Shown: one piece after another, positions 1-9,563 of the stretch
Layout of the letters: each line of letters starts with the position of its first letter
How positions within the stretch are numbered: position 1 is the stretch's first letter
Assembly: GCA_000175855.1 (NCBI GenBank)
Contig: ACYB01000004.1
Coordinates: forward strand, 1 to 32,000
Source: Raphidiopsis brookii D9
Lineage (GTDB): Bacteria > Cyanobacteriota > Cyanobacteriia > Cyanobacteriales > Nostocaceae
Length of the DNA stretch: 32,000 bases
Reading direction: 5' to 3'
Translations under genes and position numbers: made by a program
Notes under the pieces: model-generated
The model's database searches: none
The model's input: the letters and a program-made list of their open reading frames with translations, nothing else
Told to the model about the DNA's origin: nothing

Positions 1-434
1 GTTTTTAATATTAATTAATCCGAAATTACGAAAAAAAGACTGCGATCGCTGTATGGAAAAGGGTTTTTAAAAAGTCATTTTGCAATTTACCACCGACTTT
101 GAAAACGCCCTGTTTGGGTAGTTAAGAAAGGCGATCGCCCGAGTGCTTCGCCCTTTACTTAATCAAAACTGTCAACTACACAAAGAAGCTAGTAACGGGA
201 ATAGTACCAAAACTTGGCAACACACCACTGTACCCTGTTATATTCACTAAGAGGTTTGAGATCGATTAACATCAGAGCTAAATCACCCCATAATTCCATG
301 CCATAAATCCATAATTCTCCGTAAAGAGCAAAGCTAAAATCACTCTGACGTGAGTAGTTGAGGTTAAAAATATTATGCTATAATAGTAATCCTCGCTCCT
401 CTTAGAACGAAGAAATAAAGAATGTCGATTTGAA

Positions 435-2921
435 ATGGAGTTACCTACGATGATGTTTCCTGATGAATTCTCTCTTATTCAACCGGTAATCCCTATTGAT
501 ACTGGTGGATTGTCAACCTCCTCATCAGTTGGGTATGGACTGGACTTAGAACAATCCCTACAATATGGAAATCAACAAATTCAGTCCCTATCAACTACAA
601 ATTTATCACTACTTGACAACACTCTTACCAGTGCGCGCAACATTGGCAGTCTTACCGGTAGCCAAACCTTCTCGGACTTTGTTGGCAGCAGCGACACTAA
701 TGATTACTACCGCTTTAATTTGATCCAGTCCAGTAACTTTAATCTCAGTTTAACTGGACTAAGTGCCGATGCGGATACCCAATTATTAAATAGCAGCGGT
801 ACTGTAATCCAAAGTTCCCAGAATGCCGGTAGGGCAAGTGAATCCATTAGTAGATCCCTAAGTGCTGGCACTTATTACGTAAGAGTTTACCCTAATCTTG
901 GCAATACTAACTATAGTCTCACTCTTTCCGCTGCTCCTGCAGATCAAGCTGGTAATACACTAGCTGCTGCCCGTAACATTGGTACTCTTAGCGGTAGCCA
1001 AACCTTCTCGGACTTTGTTGGCAGTGTTGACACCAATGATTACTACCGTTTTGACCTCACCCAAACCAGTACCTTTGGTCTATCCCTGAATGGACTAAGT
1101 GCCAATGCGGATACCCAATTATTAAATAGCAGCGGTACTGTAATCCAAAGTTCCCAGAATGCGGGCACGACAAGTGAATCCATTAGTAGATCCCTAAGTG
1201 CTGGCACTTATTACGTAAGAGTTTACCCTTACAGTGGCAATACTAACTATAGTCTCACTCTTTCCGCTGCTCCTATAGATCAAGCTGGTAATACACTAGC
1301 TGCTGCCCGTAACATTGGTACTCTTAGCGGTAGCCAAACCTTCTCGGACTTTGTTGGCAGTGTTGACACCAATGATTACTACCGTTTTGACCTCACCCAA
1401 ACCAGTACCTTTGGTCTATCCCTGAATGGACTAAATGCCGATGCGGATACCCAATTATTAAATAGCAGCGGTACTGTAATCCAAAGTTCCCAGAATGGGG
1501 GTACGACAAGTGAATCCATTAGTAGATCCCTAAGTGCTGGCACTTATTACGTAAGAGTTTACCCTTACAGTGGCAATACTAACTATAGTCTCACTCTTTC
1601 CGCTGTGTCGAGTCCACCACCACCCACATCTGGATTCAATTCTACCTACGGCTATGGAATGATTAACGCTGCTAGATCTGTAGCTGCTGCTTTAGGACAA
1701 AGCAGTCCCTTCCCTGATGTAGCTAATCTAGGGGGAAACAATTGGGGCAATGATCTAGTCGGATCACCAGAAGTTTGGTCTCGTGGTTATACTGGACAAG
1801 GTGTGGTAGTAGCGGTAGTAGACACTGGTGTGGACTATACCCACTCTGATCTGGATGCCAATATTTGGGTCAATACCAGAGAAATATCAGGTAACGGGAT
1901 CGACGATGATGGTAATGGTTATATTGACGACATTCGAGGTTGGGACTTTGTCGGCAATGATAATGATCCTCGAGACGGCAATAGCCATGGTACCCACGTT
2001 GCTGGCACCATTGCTGCGGAAAATAATGGTACTGGTGTCACTGGTGTTGCCTACAATGCCCGTATTATGCCTGTAAGGGTGTTAGATAATAATGGAAGTG
2101 GCAGTAATCTCGGTGTAGCCAATGGTATTCGCTATGCTGCTAATAATGGTGCCCGAGTAATTAACCTGAGTCTGGGTGGTGGTTATAGTTCCGACATTTA
2201 CTCAGCCATTCAGTACGCCACTACTAGGGGATCCATTGTAGTTATGGCTGCTGGCAATGATGGATCATCCCAACCTGGTTACCCAGCTTACCATGCGACG
2301 GAGTACGGATTGGCAATTGGTGCGGTTGATAGTAGTAGCAACATTGCCAGCTTCTCCAATCGGGCTGGGACTGATAATGCGATGCGCTACGTGGTTGCAC
2401 CTGGGGTAAGTATCTACTCCACAGTTATTAACAATGGCTATGCCACATATAGTGGCACTTCTATGGCTACACCCCATGCAGCTGGTGTGATCGCCTTAAT
2501 GCTAAGCGCTAATAGTTCTCTTACTCCAGCTCAGGTGCGCGACATTGTTACTAGTAGAACTACTTATCTTGCCGGTGTGAATTCTTTTGGGGTCGCGACA
2601 ACATCCTACTCAACACAGTATAATAGGTCTAGTCTTGATTACGATCTACCTTCTGGAAACCCTGGTGTTGAGACTGTTCAGGTGTCCAATAATACTATTA
2701 ATAATATGATCACTACTAATTATTACCCCTCCTACCTAAACCAGAGTCTTACCTTTAACCTCCCCCTAATGATCTCAGTCCCACAACTGATTCCACTAGC
2801 ATCAACCCATCAAGTCAAGATAATGATTACGTCTACCTGGAGGATAATGGTAACTACTCCTTCAATCTCTCAACTGTTCTGGGACTCTCGGGTAAACCAA
2901 TGTGGACTATCCCTAGTTTAA
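435..2921 (+). CDS. Peptidase S8 (subtilisin-like serine protease) with three N-terminal PPC-type repeat domains
   Basis: 828-aa ORF from ATG. S8 triad contexts VVAVVDTGVD (Asp), GNSHGTHVAGTIAA (His) and YSGTSMATPHAAG (Ser). Three ~112-aa repeats (DTNDYYRF..GTYYVRVYP..NYSLTLSA). No recognisable signal peptide. The frame of the last ~55 codons is doubtful because a second frame is open from the C5 run at 2762-2766. Confidence 0.85.
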   Translation: MELPTMMFPDEFSLIQPVIPIDTGGLSTSSSVGYGLDLEQSLQYGNQQIQSLSTTNLSLLDNTLTSARNIGSLTGSQTFSDFVGSSDTNDYYRFNLIQSSNFNLSLTGLSADADTQLLNSSGTVIQSSQNAGRASESISRSLSAGTYYVRVYPNLGNTNYSLTLSAAPADQAGNTLAAARNIGTLSGSQTFSDFVGSVDTNDYYRFDLTQTSTFGLSLNGLSANADTQLLNSSGTVIQSSQNAGTTSESISRSLSAGTYYVRVYPYSGNTNYSLTLSAAPIDQAGNTLAAARNIGTLSGSQTFSDFVGSVDTNDYYRFDLTQTSTFGLSLNGLNADADTQLLNSSGTVIQSSQNGGTTSESISRSLSAGTYYVRVYPYSGNTNYSLTLSAVSSPPPPTSGFNSTYGYGMINAARSVAAALGQSSPFPDVANLGGNNWGNDLVGSPEVWSRGYTGQGVVVAVVDTGVDYTHSDLDANIWVNTREISGNGIDDDGNGYIDDIRGWDFVGNDNDPRDGNSHGTHVAGTIAAENNGTGVTGVAYNARIMPVRVLDNNGSGSNLGVANGIRYAANNGARVINLSLGGGYSSDIYSAIQYATTRGSIVVMAAGNDGSSQPGYPAYHATEYGLAIGAVDSSSNIASFSNRAGTDNAMRYVVAPGVSIYSTVINNGYATYSGTSMATPHAAGVIALMLSANSSLTPAQVRDIVTSRTTYLAGVNSFGVATTSYSTQYNRSSLDYDLPSGNPGVETVQVSNNTINNMITTNYYPSYLNQSLTFNLPLMISVPQLIPLASTHQVKIMITSTWRIMVTTPSISQLFWDSRVNQCGLSLV
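618..1604 (+). repeat. In-frame tandem triplication with 336-bp period (units 618-953, 954-1289, 1290-1604)
   Basis: Direct reading. Units 2 and 3 differ at only 4 positions that I could find over ~315 aligned nt. Unit 1 is more diverged in its first half and near-identical in its second half. Confidence 0.95.
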
Positions 2922-4289
2922 TTTAGGTAAGTAAGGATTGGACACTTCTAGCTGTGCTGCTATGCTAATCAACATAGCTTCAGCAGCAGGTTTGCCAACT
3001 AATTGCACACTCAAGGGTAAACCTTGATCATCAAATCCCATAGGTAAGGCTATGGCGGGTAATCCTGTTGCATTTGCTAATGGACATGGTGCAATCCAAT
3101 TAATGATTTTTTGAAGTGTCTCATCCGGCTTTAGTTGACTCCATTCACCAATTTTCATCGCTGAATGTAGGTAAACTGGTAACACCAATATATCTATCTG
3201 ATCGAAGAAAGACACTATCTGCCGTGACAATATTTGCATTTGTGTTACTGCTTTTAAATACTCACCAGCTGATCCAGTTCTCTCTAAGAGAAACTGGTTG
3301 AGAGGTTGTAGTATATGTGCCGGTATTCCGGAAGCAGCTACTCCCGCTTGCCATACAATTTGAAATGGTTTGACTAAACCACTTATATCCGGACACTTTT
3401 CTACTACCTCATATCCCAATTCTTCTAATAATTGAACCGCCTTTAATACCCCCTGTTGACAGTTAGCATCTGCCTCCCCTATGGAAGAAATACTAGTGCT
3501 AAAAGCTACTCTTAATCCAGGTGTTTTCTCCTGGGTAGATGCCAAAAAGGAAGGTTCTGGATTACTTAACCAAAAAGGATCTCCCGGAAAATATCCAGAA
3601 ATTGCATCTAGCATAGCAGCTGCATCAGCTACTGTTCTGGCCAGGGGACCACTGGTAGCTATGGTACTAGTACCAGGAGCATTAGTTACCCTTCCCCTAG
3701 CAGGTTTAATCCCTACTAAGCCGCAACAAGCCGCAGGTACTCTAATAGAACCACCCCCATCAGAACCTTGGGCGATCGCACATAATCCAGCTGCAACAGC
3801 GGATGCAGCACCACCACTAGAACCACCAGGAGTATATTCTAGATTCCAGGGATTTCTAGCTGGGGGAAAACCTGCAGGTTCAGTATAGGGATAAGACCCC
3901 AGTTCTGAGGTAGCTGTTTTTCCCAGGATGACAAAACCCGCTTGTTTGATTTTGGTAACCACCCCATCATCATAATTGGGGATGTTATTAAGTAAAGCTG
4001 GATTACCAAAGGTGCAGGCAACACCCGCTACAGCATTCAAATCTTTGATTGAAATGGGAACGCCAAAAAAGGGTGGTAATTCAGTTTCCTTGGTATTAGC
4101 TAGTGTTTCTGTTTTATAACGACTGTCAGCTATGGCTGAGTCCGCCATAACTGTGAAGTAACTACCCAATTGAGGGTTAAAACGAGAAATCCTGTCTAAA
4201 TATAATTCTGTGAGTTCTAGAGGAGATACTTCTCGCCCGCGAATTAACCTAGCTAGCTCCAAAGCGGGGGTAAATGCTAAATCAGTCAT
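2913..4289 (-). CDS. Amidase-signature family amidase (GatA-like fold, substrate unknown)
   Basis: 458-aa ORF. Amidase signature GGSSGGAASAVAAG, catalytic-Lys context VPISIKDL, and GSDGGGSIRVPAA. Its 3' end overlaps the convergent protease gene by 9 bp. Confidence 0.85.
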   Translation of the reverse strand: MTDLAFTPALELARLIRGREVSPLELTELYLDRISRFNPQLGSYFTVMADSAIADSRYKTETLANTKETELPPFFGVPISIKDLNAVAGVACTFGNPALLNNIPNYDDGVVTKIKQAGFVILGKTATSELGSYPYTEPAGFPPARNPWNLEYTPGGSSGGAASAVAAGLCAIAQGSDGGGSIRVPAACCGLVGIKPARGRVTNAPGTSTIATSGPLARTVADAAAMLDAISGYFPGDPFWLSNPEPSFLASTQEKTPGLRVAFSTSISSIGEADANCQQGVLKAVQLLEELGYEVVEKCPDISGLVKPFQIVWQAGVAASGIPAHILQPLNQFLLERTGSAGEYLKAVTQMQILSRQIVSFFDQIDILVLPVYLHSAMKIGEWSQLKPDETLQKIINWIAPCPLANATGLPAIALPMGFDDQGLPLSVQLVGKPAAEAMLISIAAQLEVSNPYLPKLN

Positions 4290-4309
4290 CAGTTATCTGG
4301 GGATCTGGT

Positions 4310-5140
4310 TTAAAGTGATGATCGGTCAGTTAAAATTTCATAACCCGTTTCCGTGACTAACACAGTATGTTCAAATTGGGCAGATAAAGCATTATCAACA
4401 GTAACAGCAGTCCATCTATCACTTAATATTTTAGTAGTTTTTGAGCCAGCATTAATTATGGGTTCAATGGCCAAGGTCATACCAGCACGTAATTTAACAT
4501 TAGGAATTTCACGAGTTCTATAATTAAAAACTGCAGGTTCTTCATGGAGGTTTCTACCCACCCCATGACCTGTGAACTGCTCTACCACATTAAATCCAGT
4601 TGTTTTAACATAGTCTTCAATCCCACCAGCAATATCAGCCAGGTGGGCACCAGCTTTAACCTGTTCTATACCTGCATATAAAGCTTTCTCAGCTACTTCA
4701 ATCAGTTTTGCTGCATCCGGACCAACACTGCCCACAGCAATGGTAATGCAAGAGTCACCATGGAAACCCTGATAGTATGCGCCCGTGTCAACCTTTAATA
4801 CATCTCCCGAGCGAATCACTTTTTTATGACTGGGAATACCATGTACCACCTCGTGGTTGATGCTAGAACATATTGAAGCTGGAAATCCATGATACCCCTT
4901 AAAACTGGGAGTTGCACCCATTTCTCGGATACGTTTTTCTGCGTGTGCATCCAGATCCGCAGTGGTCATCCCCGGTTCAACCAATTCAGAAATTTCTTTG
5001 AGAACAGTAGCAACAATCCTAGCTGATTGTCGCATGATATCAACCTCACGAGGAGATTTGATTTCTATTCCCCGACGTTGCTGTGATATGGAGGGTTTAG
5101 CCTGCACTGGTAAGGTAATTAATTCGCTGAAAATGTTCAT
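4310..5140 (-). CDS. map: Type I methionine aminopeptidase
   Basis: 276-aa ORF. MetAP metal-ligand contexts [37 protein letters not shown] and QFEHTVLVT. Confidence 0.9.
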   Translation of the reverse strand: MNIFSELITLPVQAKPSISQQRRGIEIKSPREVDIMRQSARIVATVLKEISELVEPGMTTADLDAHAEKRIREMGATPSFKGYHGFPASICSSINHEVVHGIPSHKKVIRSGDVLKVDTGAYYQGFHGDSCITIAVGSVGPDAAKLIEVAEKALYAGIEQVKAGAHLADIAGGIEDYVKTTGFNVVEQFTGHGVGRNLHEEPAVFNYRTREIPNVKLRAGMTLAIEPIINAGSKTTKILSDRWTAVTVDNALSAQFEHTVLVTETGYEILTDRSSL

Positions 5141-5761
5141 CGTCTGATTTAGTCGCTGTTAAACAGCTAAGGTTTGCTCTGGTTGAGATTTGATTCCAAA
5201 ATGGACCCAGTCCCCCACACTCCTATTCTAATACCTCCACGCTAGATTTGTTGACGCTTCCGTCACTCCGTCACTAAAAGCGATTCTCTGTTCGTCCAGG
5301 TACCTTACCTATCAAGCGTTCACCTGATAGATAGTAGGTAGTCTGTCCCAGGGCATAAATATGCAACTTCCTTTTTATCAATGAATATGTGCAGTTAAGT
5401 TTATCTGAATACTTGGTATAAGCATAACAATATGATAACAAGTACCAGCGTATGAATAATAATAAATTATTGATATTCTTAATATATTATTAAGAAAAGA
5501 ATTCTGTGACTTGTAATACAGTTTTTCCACATTTTTAGTTGTTAGGGTAATATAAGCCTGTGCCTTATTTAGTGAAGGCTAAGATGCAGTATCTCAAAGA
5601 TTAAAGTCTAGGGATCAGTTTCCATAGAACGGCTAATATAAATTTCTATATCCCAAGAATGAGGATTAATAAGATTAGCTCAGAGATGATGAGCAAAATC
5701 GAAAAAAGATTTTTTTGGTCTCGGTGAAAAAATTAACAAAAAGTTATCCAGGGAGTTTAAA

Positions 5762-5953
5762 ATGCCAGTCTTACACAATAAAGTCCACTGTCCCAATTGT
5801 GGCAAAATGGCGGAGCGCTATTTTATTTCTGAGAGTCAAGTTACTAGAACCCAATGTTCAGCTTGTGACTATTTAATGATCAACTGTAGTCGCACAGGTA
5901 GAGTAATTGAAGCTTATGCGCCAGGCATTTATGCTGGAAAGATACTGGTTTAG
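5762..5953 (+). CDS. Small zinc-ribbon-like protein (two CxxC pairs), function unknown
   Basis: 63-aa ORF with CPNCG..CSACD. GGGAG lies ~8 nt upstream of the ATG. No family name recognised. Confidence 0.45.
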   Translation: MPVLHNKVHCPNCGKMAERYFISESQVTRTQCSACDYLMINCSRTGRVIEAYAPGIYAGKILV

Positions 5954-5984
5954 CTTAAAATTAGCATATACACTTGTTGTTTAA

Positions 5985-7044
5985 TCATCTTTTGCTGCTT
6001 CTCAGTTGACCGCAGGCTGCATCTGCTTCCAAACCGCGAGAATATCTGACGCTGACTGCTATTTTTTGCTGTTGCAGAATATTTACAAATGCATGGATTC
6101 TATCGCGGTTTGGTCTTTGATAGTCTGCTTCTTGAATGGGATTATAGGGGGATTAAATTGACGTGACTTTGAAAACCCCGCAACCGTTGGGATAACTCCA
6201 AAGCTTGTTCTGGTAAATCATTAACACCGGACAAAAGAATGTACTCAAAGGTGACCCTTCTTCCTGTAATTTCCACATATTGTCGACATTCCGCTAATAA
6301 TTGTTCTATGGGGTAGGTTTTAGCACTAGGAATTATTTGTTCTCTTAAGATCTGGTTGGGTGCGTGTAGACTAACAGCAAGAGTAACTTGTAAATGGTGT
6401 TCAGCTAGTTGACGAATACGGTCACGAATACCTACAGTAGAAACTGTCAAAGAGCGTTGTCCAATTCCTAGATCTTGATTTAAACACTTGAGAGCTAGAA
6501 TCACATTCTCTGTATTTAACAACGGTTCACCCATTCCCATAAACACAACATGACTTACTCGTTGTTGGAAATCTTCTTGTACTGTGAGTACTTGGTCCAC
6601 AATTTCCCCACGATTGAGATTGCGTTTAAACCCACCTTTGCCAGTAGCACAAAAGTCACAAGCCATTGGGCAACCAACCTGAGTAGAAACACATACTGTT
6701 AATCTCTTATCACTGGGAATGCCAACGGTTTCGATAATTTCACCATCTGCTAGATTTAGTAAATATTTTACTGTGCCATCCGTGGCTGAACACTGATAGT
6801 TAACCGATGAGCGACCTATGGAAACATCGGTAACTTGTTCGCGCCAAGTTTTAGGAAATACAGATATATCACTAATTCTATGTACACCGTGGTGATAGAT
6901 CCAATTATGTAGTTGCTTACCCCTATATCCCGGTTGTCCCTGCTGTTGTACCCAGGTGGTTAATTCATCCACTGAAGCACCAAGCAGGGGGGGGAGCAGA
7001 GGAGTTTTAAGAGGGTTAGAAACTGTTTGCTGACTTGTGGACAT
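5985..7044 (-). pseudogene. rlmN: 23S rRNA/tRNA adenine-C2 methyltransferase RlmN (radical SAM), interrupted by a 1-nt frameshift in a homopolymer
   Basis: The upstream frame (7044..6142) has [18 protein letters not shown] and HVNLIP, then L-stop. The adjacent frame 6146..5985 reads [53 protein letters not shown]. The frames meet at GGGGG 6147-6151 (CCCCC on the coding strand). Start at ATG 7044 (MSTSQQ..) is preferred over the track start at 7113. This could equally be an assembly error. Confidence 0.85.
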
Positions 7045-7217
7045 TTTTAGACATTGCTCTGAGTTTGGGTACTTTTTGATGACAAGCAGGAGAGAATTTG
7101 CCAGCAATGACAAATACTAAAAAATATGATATCATAAGTAATTCTCTATTGTGGTGGGTGAAAAATAAATATAGATGACCCAGCACGTCCGCATAGTCCG
7201 CATTCGGAATTGAATTT

Positions 7218-8579
7218 ATGGCACTGCCAATTGTAGCAATTATCGGTCGCCCCAATGTGGGCAAATCTACTTTTGTGAACCGTTTAGCAGGGGATCAAAC
7301 AGCAATAGTTCACGATGAACCTGGTGTTACACGAGATCGTACCTATCGTCCGGCATTTTGGCAAAATCGGGAGTTTTTGGTGGTTGATACTGGAGGTCTA
7401 GTGTTTAATGATAATACGGAATTTCTCCCCCTCATACGTCAACAAGCAATAACCGCACTCTCAGAAGCTTGTGCTGCCATATTTGTTGTAGATGGACAAG
7501 CTGGTCTGACTCCTGCAGATGAGGAAATTGCTGAGTGGTTACGTCAACAAACTGTTCCCACTCTCCTGGCTGTGAACAAATGCGAATCACCAGACCAAGG
7601 TGTTATTCAAGCTAGTGAATTTTGGGAGTTGGGACTGGGAGAACCTTACCCCATATCCGCTATTCATGGCAGTGGTACGGGTGATTTGCTCGATGAGTTA
7701 ATTAAATATACTCCTCAAGTTGAAGATTTACAGGAAAATTCGGAAGTTAAAGTAGCTATTGTTGGCCGTCCTAATGTTGGTAAATCCAGTCTCTTAAATG
7801 CTTTTGTGGGAGAAGAAAGGGCAATAGTTAGTCCAATTTCTGGAACTACCAGGGATACTATTGATACGCTGATTGAACGAGAGGGACAGGCTTACCGGTT
7901 GATTGACACTGCAGGAATTAGGAAAAAGAAACATGTGGAATACGGGACGGAATTTTTCAGTATTAATCGTGCTTTTAAAGCGATCCGTCGTGCTGATGTG
8001 GTCCTATTAGTGCTGGATGCTTTGGATGGTGTTACAGAGCAGGATCAAAAATTAGCTGGACGGATTATTGAAGATGGTCGTGCTTGTATAATTGTGGTCA
8101 ATAAATGGGATGCCGTAGAAAAAGACTCTTATACTATATATGACCATGAAAAAAGCTTAGAAGCAAGATTACACTTTACTGAATGGGCAGATACCATATT
8201 TGTTAGTGCTGTGACTGGACAAAGAGTAGAAAAGATTTTAGACCTGGTTAATAAAGCTGCTGAATCCCATAAACGTCGTGTCAGCACATCCGTGGTTAAT
8301 GAAGTTCTCACAGATGCAGTCAGTTGGCACTCACCACCAGCTTCACGCAGTGGTAAACAGGGTAAAATCTATTATGGTACCCAGGTCAGTAGCCAACCAC
8401 CTACCTTTGCATTGTTTGTTAATGATGCTAAACGGTTCAATGAAAATTATAGACGTTACATAGAAAGACAGTTTCGCAAGCAATTGGGTTTTGAGGGAAC
8501 ACCCATCCGCATCTTATGGCGTAGCAAAAAAGTTCGAGAAATGGAAGTTGGTACTCTTAACCGAGCAACTCGTGTCTGA
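7218..8579 (+). CDS. der: Ribosome-biogenesis GTPase Der (EngA)
   Basis: 453 aa. Two tandem GTPase domains, each with GRPNVGKS(T/S), DTGG/DTAG and NKCE/NKWD, plus a KH-like C-terminal domain. Confidence 0.95.
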   Translation: MALPIVAIIGRPNVGKSTFVNRLAGDQTAIVHDEPGVTRDRTYRPAFWQNREFLVVDTGGLVFNDNTEFLPLIRQQAITALSEACAAIFVVDGQAGLTPADEEIAEWLRQQTVPTLLAVNKCESPDQGVIQASEFWELGLGEPYPISAIHGSGTGDLLDELIKYTPQVEDLQENSEVKVAIVGRPNVGKSSLLNAFVGEERAIVSPISGTTRDTIDTLIEREGQAYRLIDTAGIRKKKHVEYGTEFFSINRAFKAIRRADVVLLVLDALDGVTEQDQKLAGRIIEDGRACIIVVNKWDAVEKDSYTIYDHEKSLEARLHFTEWADTIFVSAVTGQRVEKILDLVNKAAESHKRRVSTSVVNEVLTDAVSWHSPPASRSGKQGKIYYGTQVSSQPPTFALFVNDAKRFNENYRRYIERQFRKQLGFEGTPIRILWRSKKVREMEVGTLNRATRV

Positions 8580-8624
8580 AAGACCTTTTTATAGAAAGTT
8601 ACTTGGGAATTTAGGAATTCACAC

Positions 8625-9563
8625 ATGGACTTATTGCGATCGCTTCCTTTGGGATTATATTTAGATGCTCCTCAAACTTGGCTACATAAATTAGATTCAC
8701 GAGTGAAATTAATTTGGTTGTTAAGTTTTCTGACCAGCTATGTATTTGCCAACAACTACTGGCGTGTGTTACTAGTATTAATGCTGATTATTTTTACTTT
8801 GATTGCCAAAATTCCTCTCAGGGTATGGCGTCAACAAATGGGGTGGTTGCTAGTACTATCAATTATGGTGTTCGCCATCATTTCTATTAGTCCAGATGGT
8901 ATGAGCATAGACTATCAACCACGCCTACCAGCAAGTGAACAAGTATTAAGTCCACCACCAGTTCCATCAGTAAAATCTGAGAATGGGAACAAGTCGAGCT
9001 TGCCAGCAAACAGCCAAAAAAAATATAAGTATATCTTATTTCACCAAGGCCCGGTTAAAATAAGTCGCCGGTCATTAAGTTTAGCAACTAGTTTAAGTAC
9101 TATTGTATTTACATTAATCTATAGCAGTAATTTATACTTATTAACAACTGCACCAGAGGAGATCACATCAGGTATAGAGAGCTTAATGCAGCCTTTAAAA
9201 AAGTTGCACATTCCCGTCACTGAAATTACCCTGACACTAACCCTATCATTGCGATTTATTCCCCTAGTTTTAGAAGAAATTCAAAATCTAATCCGTTCTG
9301 TAATGACCAGGGCGATAAACTGGAAAAAACTGGGATTAAAAGGGGGTATAAGGGTCTGGTTAATTGTTATGGAAAGACTATTAGAGAACTTGCTATTGAG
9401 AGCAGAACAAATAGCAAATGCGATGACAGTGAGGGGTTTTACCAGTCCCAATGAACATCAGGTCAAATGGCACGAACTACAATTAAAACCACCTGATTGG
9501 TTGGCTGTGGCAGTTTTAATTGTATTTTGGGGATTAAGAATAGCTTTTGGTGCCCTTAACTAG
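8625..9563 (+). CDS. ecfT: ECF-transporter T component (EcfT/CbiQ family) with a hydrophilic insertion
   Basis: 312 aa with multiple hydrophobic segments. C-terminal Ala-Arg-Gly-type motifs (SVMTRAINW, NAMTVRGF). Pro/Ser-rich ~45-aa insert (PRLPASEQVLSPPPVPSVKSENGNKSSLPANSQKK). Confidence 0.65.
   Translation: MDLLRSLPLGLYLDAPQTWLHKLDSRVKLIWLLSFLTSYVFANNYWRVLLVLMLIIFTLIAKIPLRVWRQQMGWLLVLSIMVFAIISISPDGMSIDYQPRLPASEQVLSPPPVPSVKSENGNKSSLPANSQKKYKYILFHQGPVKISRRSLSLATSLSTIVFTLIYSSNLYLLTTAPEEITSGIESLMQPLKKLHIPVTEITLTLTLSLRFIPLVLEEIQNLIRSVMTRAINWKKLGLKGGIRVWLIVMERLLENLLLRAEQIANAMTVRGFTSPNEHQVKWHELQLKPPDWLAVAVLIVFWGLRIAFGALN

Noticed and set aside
618-1604. Tandem repeats considered as a CRISPR or minisatellite array
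   Set aside because: The period is 336 bp with no spacers. The repeats are in frame and encode a folded repeat domain of the protease.
3481-3888. 135-aa plus-strand ORF (also 3116..3301 and 3839..4024)
   Set aside because: It lies entirely antisense or out of frame within the well-supported amidase gene. It has low-complexity Ala/Pro/Gly composition typical of a shadow ORF, and no motif.
5160-5390. Less AT-rich intergenic block considered as a tRNA, tmRNA or 6S-like RNA gene
   Set aside because: I could not find a cloverleaf, a T-loop (GTTCRA) or other diagnostic motifs by eye. It is kept only as a low-interest finding.
7016-7264. 82-aa minus-strand ORF spanning the rlmN/der divergent region
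   Set aside because: It overlaps the der start and the rlmN 5' region in another frame. No motif is present, and the region is better explained as a divergent promoter.
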